Positions 28,408-37,019 of a stretch of 64,000 nt of DNA are shown here, in pieces. The notes under the pieces are model-generated. The model ran no database searches. It was not told where the DNA came from and saw nothing but the letters and a program-made list of their open reading frames with translations. The position numbers were made by a program, and so were the translations under genes. The DNA is taken from NCBI GenBank assembly GCA_003524095.1, contig DOEE01000003.1, positions 732,662 to 796,661 of the forward strand, written 5' to 3'. This DNA is from Clostridiales bacterium. Its GTDB lineage: Bacteria; Bacillota; Clostridia; Christensenellales; UBA1242. How positions within the stretch are numbered: position 1 is the stretch's first letter; the number at the start of each line of letters is the position of its first letter.

Positions 28408-29577
28408 TTAAAATCTATTTTTTAATTTTTTTATAAATGCCGGAATATCATTGTCGGAAACATCTACTCTGCTACTTGGAATATCTTGCTTTGGCAAGTC
28501 CAAGGCTTCGTTTGTCTCACTTGGTTCGTTTTCAGACTCGGTTTCAACATGAGTAACTATATTTCGTTTAACTTCTTGTTTCATTTCGTCAGTCGCTGTA
28601 CCACCACTAAATCCAGTAGCAATAACAGTAATTTCAACTTCATCATCCATTTTAGGATCAATTCCGCTACCAAAAATAATATTACAAGATGGGTCAACAA
28701 CTTCCTTAACCAAGTCAGCCGACTCATAAACTTCGTCCAAAGTTAAATTTGGTGAGCCTTTGATATTAAGAATAATGCCTGTAGCACCTTCAATGGTCGT
28801 TTCAAGTAGTGGACTCGAAACCGCTTGTCTAACAGCCTCAATTGTTCTATTTTCGCCCTTGCCACGACCCAAGCCCATATGAGCAAGTCCCTTGTTTTTC
28901 ATAATAGCCTTAACATCGGCAAAGTCAAGGTTAATAAGACTTGATGTTACAATCAAATCACTTATACCCTGTATACCTTGTCTAAGCACATCATCGGCAG
29001 TCTTAAATGCATCAATAATAGGAGTATTTTTTGGAACAATTGTAAGCAATTTGTCGTTTGGAATAACAACAAGAGTATCGACAACATTTTTGAGTTCTTT
29101 GATACCATTTTCGGCATTTTCCATACGTTTTTTGCCTTCAAATCTAAATGGCTTAGTCACAACTGCAATAGTTAAAATTCCCATTTCTTTGGCAATATTT
29201 GCAACAACTGGCGCAGCACCTGTTCCCGTGCCACCACCCATACCTGCAGTAACAAATACTAGGTCAGTATCTTTCAAAATTTCTTGAATTAATTCTTTGC
29301 TTTCTTCCGCTGCTTTTCTACCCACCTCTGGGTCAGCACCTGCACCAAGACCACGTGTCAATTGTTCACCAATTTGAAGTCTACTTTCAGCCTTGCTCAT
29401 AAGCAATGCTTGTTTGTCTGTATTAATTGCAACAAATGATGCACTAGTAATTCCCGCATATATCATTCTATTGACTGCATTATTACCGCCACCGCCTACA
29501 CCAATAACCTTAATCTTACAAATAGGTGTACTTGCATCAACTTCTTCATTTGTAATATTTTCATCAAATAATTCCAT
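28408..29577 (-). CDS. ftsZ: cell division protein FtsZ
   Basis: 389-aa ORF with the tubulin signature [10 protein letters not shown] and a conserved C-terminal peptide (DIPAFIKK). Confidence 0.97.
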   Translation of the reverse strand: MELFDENITNEEVDASTPICKIKVIGVGGGGNNAVNRMIYAGITSASFVAINTDKQALLMSKAESRLQIGEQLTRGLGAGADPEVGRKAAEESKELIQEILKDTDLVFVTAGMGGGTGTGAAPVVANIAKEMGILTIAVVTKPFRFEGKKRMENAENGIKELKNVVDTLVVIPNDKLLTIVPKNTPIIDAFKTADDVLRQGIQGISDLIVTSSLINLDFADVKAIMKNKGLAHMGLGRGKGENRTIEAVRQAVSSPLLETTIEGATGIILNIKGSPNLTLDEVYESADLVKEVVDPSCNIIFGSGIDPKMDDEVEITVIATGFSGGTATDEMKQEVKRNIVTHVETESENEPSETNEALDLPKQDIPSSRVDVSDNDIPAFIKKLKNRF

Positions 29578-29586
29578 AATATCTCC

Positions 29587-30720
29587 TTATTTATAAATAT
29601 TTATAGCCATATTTAGTAAACTTATCGAACTAGCCAAGTCTGGTCTTGAATAAAGCAAGGCTTTGGGACTAATCAATTCAACTGGTCGCATAAATTCTTT
29701 TCTTAGATAATCCTGTATCCCCTCAAAGAAATTAAGACCTCCACCCGTAAAACTTAGTGGAATATAATTTGGAAGTTCACAGTCCATGCTTGACAAACAC
29801 TTCTTAATAAGTTCACAAATGCCATCTAGTCTGCCCAAAATTATTTCATTAACATTTTTAACTCCAAACTTCTTGCCATTTTGCAATTTATAATAATCCA
29901 TACCCGTAGGTCTAAGAGTAATTATAGCCTGAGTTTTGAGTTCTTCGGCTTCTTCATAGGATATATCCAAAATTTTTGCTAAGTCCGCAGTTATAAATCC
30001 ACCGCCCAAAGAGAAACTCTTTAACCCTTTGAGTCCGTCTCCCAAAACAATTCCTACACTAGTTGTAATAAATCCACAATCAATAATAATTGCACCTTCG
30101 TTTCGCTTATGCTCATCAATTAAATAAACACCTTCGGCAAGCGAATTAGATAGAAAATCGTAGTTTTTGATGCCCAAACTTTCAAGGATTGAACCAATTT
30201 GCATTTTGAAATTGTTTTCAACAAGAATGTAACTTGTAACCGCTTGAATCTTGGTTGCATATTGTCCTACTGGGTCATTTGTCTTGTTGTCTTCATTAAT
30301 TATATAAAATAATGGGGATTTGTTGATTACAGAATGAGTGGTATAAGGACTTGCCTCATCATCTTCAAGATACAAATTATCTATAATCTTGCTAGTAATT
30401 TTGACTTTTTTGGGAAAAGTCTTGACAAGAGTTTTTTCAAAAGTAAAACAAAATTCCGCAGGAACTCCCACGAAAATATTATGTAGTTTGCATTGCAATT
30501 CTCTTTCTGCAAAGTTAATTGCTTGCATAATTTGGTTTTTGAGATTATTAGGCTCAATAAACTCCCCACTACCAAAGCCTTCGTAGTCAATATCTACAGA
30601 CGACATCAACTTAAAACTATTATTAACTTCACTTTTTGCTGTTAGCAATGTTATTTTGGATGACCCAAAATCCATAACAGACACTATATCTTTGTTTATT
30701 TTCATATCTCTTCTGCCCAT
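29587..30720 (-). CDS. ftsA: cell division protein FtsA (short form)
   Basis: 377-aa actin-fold ORF (DFGSSKITLL, IIIDCGFITTSV, FTGGG) immediately upstream of ftsZ. The protein ends right after the core domain. Confidence 0.8.
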   Translation of the reverse strand: MGRRDMKINKDIVSVMDFGSSKITLLTAKSEVNNSFKLMSSVDIDYEGFGSGEFIEPNNLKNQIMQAINFAERELQCKLHNIFVGVPAEFCFTFEKTLVKTFPKKVKITSKIIDNLYLEDDEASPYTTHSVINKSPLFYIINEDNKTNDPVGQYATKIQAVTSYILVENNFKMQIGSILESLGIKNYDFLSNSLAEGVYLIDEHKRNEGAIIIDCGFITTSVGIVLGDGLKGLKSFSLGGGFITADLAKILDISYEEAEELKTQAIITLRPTGMDYYKLQNGKKFGVKNVNEIILGRLDGICELIKKCLSSMDCELPNYIPLSFTGGGLNFFEGIQDYLRKEFMRPVELISPKALLYSRPDLASSISLLNMAINIYK

Positions 30721-30810
30721 TTATAAAAATAGTATATTTAAAAAGATAAGTTATGTCAAATTTATTTCAACTCCAAATTCAAAATTTTTTGGCTTTTTAT
30801 GAATGCATTT

Positions 30811-30846
30811 CAAAAAAAAAATGGCTGTTTATTTTACAAACAGCCA
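30811..30846 (-). terminator. rho-independent terminator after divIB/ftsQ
   Basis: TGGCTGTTT / AAACAGCCA stem followed on the minus strand by T10. Confidence 0.7.
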
Positions 30847-30865
30847 CAAAAGTTTAATTATATTT

Positions 30866-31681
30866 TTAAATTTCTTTTATAAAATTCTCATCGAATCTTG
30901 CAAATATTTTTGATTCATTATTTTGCCAAACAATCACAGCGCCCGATGTCACCCCTTGTTGATGAAAATAATTGTATCTCTCAAGCCCAAGCAGTAACAT
31001 CTCTGTCATATTATCAAAAGCATCTTCAATCACAAGCGAAATCCCGCTTCTAGTTTTGAAAAATAATTCAACATTTTGACCTTTTTTGGTGACTTCTAAC
31101 GATACAAAAACACCTTTTGACGTGGTTGGAATATAGTTAGATTCTCTTAGGGACTTGGAAACTCTGCCAATAATACCCACAACACTTTCGTCCTTGATAA
31201 TACTTCCAACTTCATAATTTTCTGGCGAAATGGATTCATTTAAGATTATCTTGATAGGTTTTGCTTCAAGTTCGGAACTTTTGATATTTTCGTTATCTTT
31301 TCCCACCCTGCTCAAAACCTTGCCAAGTTCGTCAACTATAGCATAGTCATTATCTGAAATTTTGATTGCAAACATGCTTTCTCTTTCGGCTGAGTGAATC
31401 ACAATTTTGTTTGGGAATTTAGTTTCGATACTAACCACTCTTAAATATGAGTATTTTTTTTCTAAATTTTCAACAATTTTATCTTTTTTAACCAAAAATA
31501 TACTTTCGCCTTTTTCAATGCTGTCCACCATAGTATAATCTTTGAGAGTTTCGAGTTCGCACTTAGTGGTTAGCCAGTTGACAGAAATACTTTGCAAAGT
31601 AAAAAGAGTACTATTCAAAACCACTAGTACAGTAATAAACGCCAAAACTATTAGTAATCCAATAAGCTTTTTATTTTTCAT
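30866..31681 (-). CDS. divIB: cell division protein DivIB/FtsQ
   Basis: 271-aa ORF with a single N-terminal TM segment followed by POTRA-like and beta domains, positioned between murA and ftsA. Confidence 0.7.
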   Translation of the reverse strand: MKNKKLIGLLIVLAFITVLVVLNSTLFTLQSISVNWLTTKCELETLKDYTMVDSIEKGESIFLVKKDKIVENLEKKYSYLRVVSIETKFPNKIVIHSAERESMFAIKISDNDYAIVDELGKVLSRVGKDNENIKSSELEAKPIKIILNESISPENYEVGSIIKDESVVGIIGRVSKSLRESNYIPTTSKGVFVSLEVTKKGQNVELFFKTRSGISLVIEDAFDNMTEMLLLGLERYNYFHQQGVTSGAVIVWQNNESKIFARFDENFIKEI

Positions 31682-31758
31682 ATTACTTTTAACTCTTTTT
31701 AAATTACCATTATTTTAGCAAATACTTTTTGTTTTTACAAGAAAATTGAGTACCTTTG

Positions 31759-33012
31759 CTATTTAATTCTTTTTATTTCTGCCCCAAGTTTACAAAAATC
31801 TTCTTCAACCGACAAGTATCCCCTATCTATATGATAAATATCCTCAATAGTTGTATACCCGTCTGCGACTAGTCCCGCAAGAACCAGCCCTGCACCTCCT
31901 CGCAAATCCGTCGCCACAACATTTGCTCCATACAATCTGTTGACACCTTTGATTATTGCCATTCTATCTTTGATACTAATATCTGCACCCATTCTAAGTA
32001 GTTCGTTGCAAATCTTGAATCTACTTTCGTACAAATTTTCAACAATTACAGACGTGCCTTTGGTGATGGTTTGCATAGTAAGAATTTGGTTTTGTAAATC
32101 GGTTGGAAATCCCGGATAAGGCTGTGTTTCAATATTAGGAATACTCTTAAGCCTAGACGACACACTAATACTTAGCCCAAATTTATCATCTTGAATATCT
32201 GCGCCACATTGTTTTAGTTTTTGAATAAGTGCCTGATTATGCTCTTTTTTGCTTCCAATTAGCCTAGTATTTCCGCCACACATAGCACAAGCTATAAGAT
32301 ATGTTCCAGCCACTATTCTATCTTTTATTGGAGTAAACTCGGTTTCAACAAAACTATTTACTCCAGTAATAGTAATCGTGCTACTTCCAGCACCCGAGAC
32401 CTTGCAACCAAACGAATTAAGAAAGTTTTGTAAGTCTTCAATTTCTGGTTCTCTTGCACAATTATAAATTGTTGTTGTGCCTTTGAGTTTGACACTCGCC
32501 ATCATTAAATTTTCGGTTGCTCCGACTGACGGAAAATCCAAATGCACCTCGCCCGCACGCATATTTCTTCCATCACAAATTATGTAACCATGTTTTTCTT
32601 CAATCTTTACATTTAATGCTTCCAAACCCTTGATGTGTAGATTAATTGGCCTATTCCCAATATTGCACCCGCCCGGATATGCCACCTTGGCTCTGCCAAA
32701 TCTACTAAGCAAAGGACCTAACAAAAAAATGCTAGACCTTACTTTTTTTGTAAACTCATCTTTTACAAGATATTTACAAGCCCCGCCTGAATCTAGTCTC
32801 AAAGTATCGTCAAAAAACTGAGTCTCAACTCCCAAACTTTCCAAAATTTTGACCATATACAAAACGTCCGAAAACTTGGCAACCTTGTTGATTTTGACTA
32901 ATTTATCATTAATTATGCTTCCAGCAAGAATCGGAAGCAAGGAATTCTTGGCAGAAACAATTTCAAGTTCGCCTTCAAGTCTTCTGCCACCATTTATAAA
33001 TAATGTTTCCAT
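31759..33012 (-). CDS. murA: UDP-N-acetylglucosamine 1-carboxyvinyltransferase
   Basis: 417-aa ORF collinear with MurA (VSAKNSLLPILAGS, active-site loop GGCNIGNRPINLH, FPTDLQ). Confidence 0.95.
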   Translation of the reverse strand: METLFINGGRRLEGELEIVSAKNSLLPILAGSIINDKLVKINKVAKFSDVLYMVKILESLGVETQFFDDTLRLDSGGACKYLVKDEFTKKVRSSIFLLGPLLSRFGRAKVAYPGGCNIGNRPINLHIKGLEALNVKIEEKHGYIICDGRNMRAGEVHLDFPSVGATENLMMASVKLKGTTTIYNCAREPEIEDLQNFLNSFGCKVSGAGSSTITITGVNSFVETEFTPIKDRIVAGTYLIACAMCGGNTRLIGSKKEHNQALIQKLKQCGADIQDDKFGLSISVSSRLKSIPNIETQPYPGFPTDLQNQILTMQTITKGTSVIVENLYESRFKICNELLRMGADISIKDRMAIIKGVNRLYGANVVATDLRGGAGLVLAGLVADGYTTIEDIYHIDRGYLSVEEDFCKLGAEIKRIK

Positions 33013-33191
33013 TTTATCCCCTATATGTATTCAAAAATTAATGTTTGCATCTCAAACAAAATGTTTAAGTGAATCAATATTCACTTTAATCATACTATTC
33101 AATATTTATAATTTGTGTTAAAACAAATTACTCTTACAATATACAAGATAAAACCATATATATTTTATATGTGCCAACCTAGGATTTTTGT

Positions 33192-33236
33192 TAAAAAAAA
33201 CTACAAGCAATTGATAAAATCAAATTAACTTGTAGT
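33192..33236 (-). terminator. rho-independent terminator after the DUF2087 gene
   Basis: ACTACAAG / CTTGTAGT stem (20-nt loop) followed on the minus strand by T8. Confidence 0.5.
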
Positions 33237-33243
33237 CAAAATT

Positions 33244-33606
33244 TTAATTGTCTTCTTTTGAAGCATTTACGCAATAGAAACCACCACTGCTATCTCTATT
33301 TAAATAACCCATGTCTATCATATCTCGTCTAATTGCAACATAATCCACAAAACAAATCCATTGTAGAATTATTTCATTAACTTTCTTTTCGTTATATCTA
33401 GTATCTTTGTCAAACTTGCTACACAAATATTCTAATGCTACTCGTTTGTTAGGTTTAGTTGGATATTTCATAATTTTTCCATCTTTGTCAAGTAGACTAT
33501 TCAATTTCTTTGCATCAACTTCCTTTGGTGTTGGCAATTTTGCTCCACACTTAACGCAATATTTTGCACCTAAATAATTAAACTGATGACAAGTTTCACA
33601 ACACAC
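33244..33606 (-). CDS. zinc-ribbon plus DUF2087 domain protein
   Basis: 120-aa ORF that starts at GTG as drawn. It has a CETC...CVKC zinc ribbon, and its C-terminal part (ALEYLCSKFDKDTRYNEKKVNEIILQW...DYVAIRRDMIDMGYLNRD) fits DUF2087 (from memory). Confidence 0.6.
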   Translation of the reverse strand: MCCETCHQFNYLGAKYCVKCGAKLPTPKEVDAKKLNSLLDKDGKIMKYPTKPNKRVALEYLCSKFDKDTRYNEKKVNEIILQWICFVDYVAIRRDMIDMGYLNRDSSGGFYCVNASKEDN

Positions 33607-33609
33607 TGT

Positions 33610-33759
33610 CTAAAACTCAATATCATTTACATAAACACCATTTGGGTCATCTACATACTCCAAATTATATTGTCTTGAGCCACATCCCGGACATTTTCCA
33701 AGTCGGTTTTCAAATCTACACCCACACTACTTACAAATTTTGTAGACCATTTTTTGCAT
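33610..33759 (-). pseudogene. in-frame upstream extension encoding a second zinc ribbon, broken by two TAG codons
   Basis: The same frame as the DUF2087 ORF reads MQKMVYKICK-TAG-CGCRFENRLGKCPGCGSRQYNLEYVDDPNGVYVNDIEF-TAG-TV, then continues into CCETCHQ. The TAG codons are at 33727-33729 and 33610-33612. Confidence 0.35.
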
Positions 33760-33792
33760 AGGTCTTTGTTTTTTGCTTTCATTATCTAGTTT

Positions 33793-33924
33793 TTAAGTTG
33801 AATTATTTTGTTCGGTCTTCTGAGACAATTCACTTTTTGACCTTTCTTTAATTAGTTTCATTACAGCCATAATTACACCAACTGTTACAATTATTACAAA
33901 TGCAAAAACAAATAATTCTCTCAT
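33793..33924 (-). CDS. 43-aa single-TM small protein
   Basis: MRELFVFAFVIIVTVGVIMAVMKLIKERSKSELSQKTEQNNST. It is below the track cutoff and lies downstream of an extended -10 (TGgTATAAT). The RBS is weak. Confidence 0.35.
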   Translation of the reverse strand: MRELFVFAFVIIVTVGVIMAVMKLIKERSKSELSQKTEQNNST

Positions 33925-34055
33925 ATTTTTCTCTCTTTAAGTATTTTTTCTATCACAAAATTATTATACCAAATATTAAATTTGCAAGCAATCAAAAAAT
34001 GCAAAATGCGGTTCACTGCATTTATCCATGGATTATTATTTTTATATTTAGTTAA

Positions 34056-34625
34056 TTATACAATATTTTGGTTTTCAATAATTTTTGTGATTTTTTCTAG
34101 TACAGATTGTCTATTTTCAAAAGTATCAAAATAGTAAAATCCATATTTTTGGCAGTCTTCTTTTAATTTTTTGCTTTCGGAAATAATTTCTTTGCAATTA
34201 TTTAGTAGTTGTTCGTCCGTTCTTTTATGAGTCCAGTCGTGTTGCTCGTCCATTTCTCTAATTTTCTTCATAAGAACTAATGGTTCAACATCACTCATTC
34301 CCAAAAATATAACTATAAATTTGTCTTTGTTTGGATATTCATATAATTGTTCGGGCAAAAATTGCGACCCTGGAAAAACTGTTATATTATCATTATACTT
34401 CAAACTTTTGCAAAATCCATTTAAGATTTCAAACAAAAATGGTTTGTAATTTTCACGAGCGAGATTAGGTTTTCTATGAATGATTCCAAGTTCGGGAAAC
34501 ACTTCGTTAAACGCATTAACAATGGTATCGCTTTCGACAAGTGAATACTTTAGTGTTTTATGAATTATACCCGCCAAAGTACTTTTCCCCGACCTAACAG
34601 TTCCGCCAATTATTATATTTTTCAT
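34056..34625 (-). CDS. P-loop NTPase/kinase-like protein
   Basis: 189-aa ORF with an N-terminal Walker A motif (GGTVRSGKST). Its start overlaps the hydrolase stop by 1 nt (TAATG). Confidence 0.6.
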   Translation of the reverse strand: MKNIIIGGTVRSGKSTLAGIIHKTLKYSLVESDTIVNAFNEVFPELGIIHRKPNLARENYKPFLFEILNGFCKSLKYNDNITVFPGSQFLPEQLYEYPNKDKFIVIFLGMSDVEPLVLMKKIREMDEQHDWTHKRTDEQLLNNCKEIISESKKLKEDCQKYGFYYFDTFENRQSVLEKITKIIENQNIV

Positions 34626-35356
34626 TACAACTCCTTAATAACGTCAATTATTTTTTGCCAAGATGTATCTTTTTTTAAGCAATGTTCATCATCAAGATAA
34701 ATACTTTTACATTTTGTCAAAGTCTCAAAATCTTTTAATTCTTGTCTAGGAATTAAATCATCCTTAGTGCCAATCACCAAAATGATAGGACAATCCACTT
34801 TAAATTGTAGTTTCAACAAATTATTTAAGTATAAATCATCTAAGAATTTTTTGGATATGTATTTATTCAAACTGCTTTTTATCAAAATTTTGCTATCGTA
34901 TTCTAATTCTTTGTAATCAAAGCCTTTAGTTTTCTCCAAAACTTCTAACATTTTTATGGCCGGATTAACAAGAACAATTCCTTTCAAATTTTTGTAATTA
35001 TATTTTGAAATAGCGACCATCGCCCGGTAACCGCCATAACTTGTTGCATAAAAATATAACGGTGTGTGCTTGAACTTGTTTTCTAAGTAGTTAACCACAT
35101 CTGTAATTTCTTGAAGTACTAAATCTAGTGTCATATTGAGCGAGTCTACTTCACTCATTCCATGCCCAGCCGAATCGAATGAACACACAAAAATTTCGTC
35201 TTCTTTGGCGAGTAACTTTCTAAATTTAGAAAATCCATCTCCCCACAAATCACCATTAAATCCATGCAAACACAAAACAATTTTTTTAGGATTTTGAACG
35301 CCATTAGTATATAGTTTTATTTTATGATTATTAGAATATACTTCCAGTATTTCCAT
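34625..35356 (-). CDS. alpha/beta hydrolase
   Basis: The start is set at MEILEVYSN with an AGGAGA RBS; the track ORF runs 37 codons further upstream. It has an HGFNG oxyanion region, a nucleophile elbow ATSYGG, and GTKDD and DDEH as likely acid and His residues. Confidence 0.7.
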   Translation of the reverse strand: MEILEVYSNNHKIKLYTNGVQNPKKIVLCLHGFNGDLWGDGFSKFRKLLAKEDEIFVCSFDSAGHGMSEVDSLNMTLDLVLQEITDVVNYLENKFKHTPLYFYATSYGGYRAMVAISKYNYKNLKGIVLVNPAIKMLEVLEKTKGFDYKELEYDSKILIKSSLNKYISKKFLDDLYLNNLLKLQFKVDCPIILVIGTKDDLIPRQELKDFETLTKCKSIYLDDEHCLKKDTSWQKIIDVIKEL

Positions 35357-35479
35357 GAAAGTTCTCCTATAATAACTATATATGTAAGTTATTATATCAT
35401 TTTTCCTTGTTTCATCAAAACAAAAATTAAAGCTTTTTAAACTGGATATATTGAAACCAAGAGACACACTTTTTTCATT

Positions 35480-35614
35480 TTAAATCTCCTTATCGCAAAA
35501 GTTGAGAACTTGCATAAATGTTTTACTAAATTCTTTGTATTCGTTTATATTTACGTATTTATTTTGTTTTGTATCAAAACTTTTTATTGACACTAATTCT
35601 TCCAAATTTTTCAT
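35480..35614 (-). CDS. 44-aa hypothetical protein
   Basis: MKNLEELVSIKSFDTKQNKYVNINEYKEFSKTFMQVLNFCDKEI. It has a strong RBS (AGGAGAAAAATT before the ATG) and is the first cistron of the hydrolase/P-loop operon. Confidence 0.4.
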   Translation of the reverse strand: MKNLEELVSIKSFDTKQNKYVNINEYKEFSKTFMQVLNFCDKEI

Positions 35615-35628
35615 AATTTTTCTCCTGT

Positions 35629-35675
35629 AAATAAAATAACCCGTTGTAAGTTTTTTTCAAAACATACCAACGGGT
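35629..35675 (-). terminator. candidate attenuator/terminator hairpin in the operon leader
   Basis: Minus-strand ACCCGUUG...CAACGGGU outer stem with an inner GUUUU-GAAA-AAAAC stem, followed by UAUUUUAUUU directly before the RBS of the 44-aa ORF. Confidence 0.35.
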
Positions 35676-35763
35676 CTTAGATTATATTAAAAAAGTTTTA
35701 ATCCATTCATATGTTTTGTAACATGCAAAATAGCACTCACAAAACATACTTTTTGTGAATGCA

Positions 35764-35802
35764 CTATTTATGCCAATGCCACATAACAAATGAATTAAAC
35801 AT
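35764..35802 (-). CDS. candidate 12-aa leader peptide MFNSFVMWHWHK
   Basis: AAGGAGAAAAGT precedes the ATG. The stop codon is embedded in the 5' arm of a hairpin. The ORF lies between the ftsW stop and the hydrolase operon. Confidence 0.25.
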   Translation of the reverse strand: MFNSFVMWHWHK

Positions 35803-35846
35803 ACTTTTCTCCTTTTTTGTTTTATAATTTCATATTATCTCAAAAA

Positions 35847-37019
35847 TTATTTGTTGTCAATAGTTTTTATCTTTTTTTGTTTATTTTTAAAAAATTGCCA
35901 CTTGTTATACTTAACAGAAACCACCGTATTTTCGTGCTGTTTTCCAACATTGCATAGTACTCCCATTGCTCCCATAAATACGCTTAAACTAGTTCCTCCT
36001 GCTGACACAAATGGCATAGGTATTCCAGTCGGTGGAATTGAGCCTGTAACAACTGCAATGTTTATAAGAAGTTGAATTGCAATTACAAAAATTATCCCAC
36101 TAGACAAGTATGCCCCCAATCTATCTTTGGCATTTAGAGAGATTTTGATACCAAGTGCAATAATAACCACATAAACCAAAACTATCAATGTTGCACCGAC
36201 AAAGCCAAGTTCTTCGCCAATGATAGCAAATATAAAGTCGCTTTCGGCAAATGGCAAGAATAAATATTTTTGTCTGCTATTGAATAGTCCCACTCCAAAT
36301 AGTCCACCACTTCCAAGTGAATAAAGTGATTGAATGAGTTGATAGCCTTCTTCCTTTGGGTTTGCCCAAGGATTTATAAATGCAATAAGTCTATCAAATC
36401 TATATGGTTCAATCACAATTAACACCACAACTAGTGCTAATGCAGGAAATGCCAAAATCAAAAAATGTTTAAACGAAATTCCCCCAACCACAAGCATGGA
36501 TATCATGACAAGTCCAATACACATCGTAACACTCATGTTTGGTTCAAGCATGACAAGTAAACAAATTATTCCACCCGCCAAGAGAATGGGAAGTATGCCT
36601 TTGAAAGTTTTGGTCTTAACAAAGTTTTTGGATAAATAACAAGCAGTAAAAACAACAAAACCAAACTTAGCAACTTCGCTACTCTGAAGATTAATTCCGC
36701 CAACCCCTATCCAACGCCTTGCACCGTTTGCCGAAATTCCAAGCCCAGGAACAAAAACCAAAACCAAGAGTAAAATTGATAGTCCCAAAATCCAGAATCT
36801 CAGTTTGTAGTATTTGTGATAATCAAAAAAATACGTCACAAAAAACACTGCTATCCCCAAGACAAATCCAAAGAACTGTTTTTTGACAAAGTGAAAAGCA
36901 TCACCATACAAGACTTCGCTTGAATAAGAACTAGCACTATATATCATAAGCATTCCAAACAAACACAAAAACAAAGTTAGAAATATTATAACCAAATTTA
37001 TATACTTAGTTTTTTGCAT
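35847..37019 (-). CDS. ftsW: SEDS-family peptidoglycan glycosyltransferase FtsW/SpoVE
   Basis: 390-aa polytopic ORF of the FtsW/RodA/SpoVE family (RWIGVGGINLQSSEVAKF, ESDFIFAIIGEELGF), located after murD. Confidence 0.85.
   Translation of the reverse strand: MQKTKYINLVIIFLTLFLCLFGMLMIYSASSYSSEVLYGDAFHFVKKQFFGFVLGIAVFFVTYFFDYHKYYKLRFWILGLSILLLVLVFVPGLGISANGARRWIGVGGINLQSSEVAKFGFVVFTACYLSKNFVKTKTFKGILPILLAGGIICLLVMLEPNMSVTMCIGLVMISMLVVGGISFKHFLILAFPALALVVVLIVIEPYRFDRLIAFINPWANPKEEGYQLIQSLYSLGSGGLFGVGLFNSRQKYLFLPFAESDFIFAIIGEELGFVGATLIVLVYVVIIALGIKISLNAKDRLGAYLSSGIIFVIAIQLLINIAVVTGSIPPTGIPMPFVSAGGTSLSVFMGAMGVLCNVGKQHENTVVSVKYNKWQFFKNKQKKIKTIDNK

Noticed and set aside
33610-33729. Genome-wide reassignment of TAG (for example to pyrrolysine or another sense meaning) as an explanation for the two in-frame TAGs.
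   Set aside because: At least nine ORFs here end at TAG. Among them holA, the mreB-like gene, the GlmU-like gene, murA and mraY have the length expected for their families. TAG is therefore an ordinary stop in this genome. Only local read-through or pseudogenisation remains plausible.
35725-35775. TAGCACTC / GAGTGCTAT resemblance to a CIRCE heat-shock operator.
   Set aside because: Only one arm resembles CIRCE, the partner arm differs, and the spacing is 15-16 nt rather than 9. It is better explained as hairpin 1 of the leader described in the findings.
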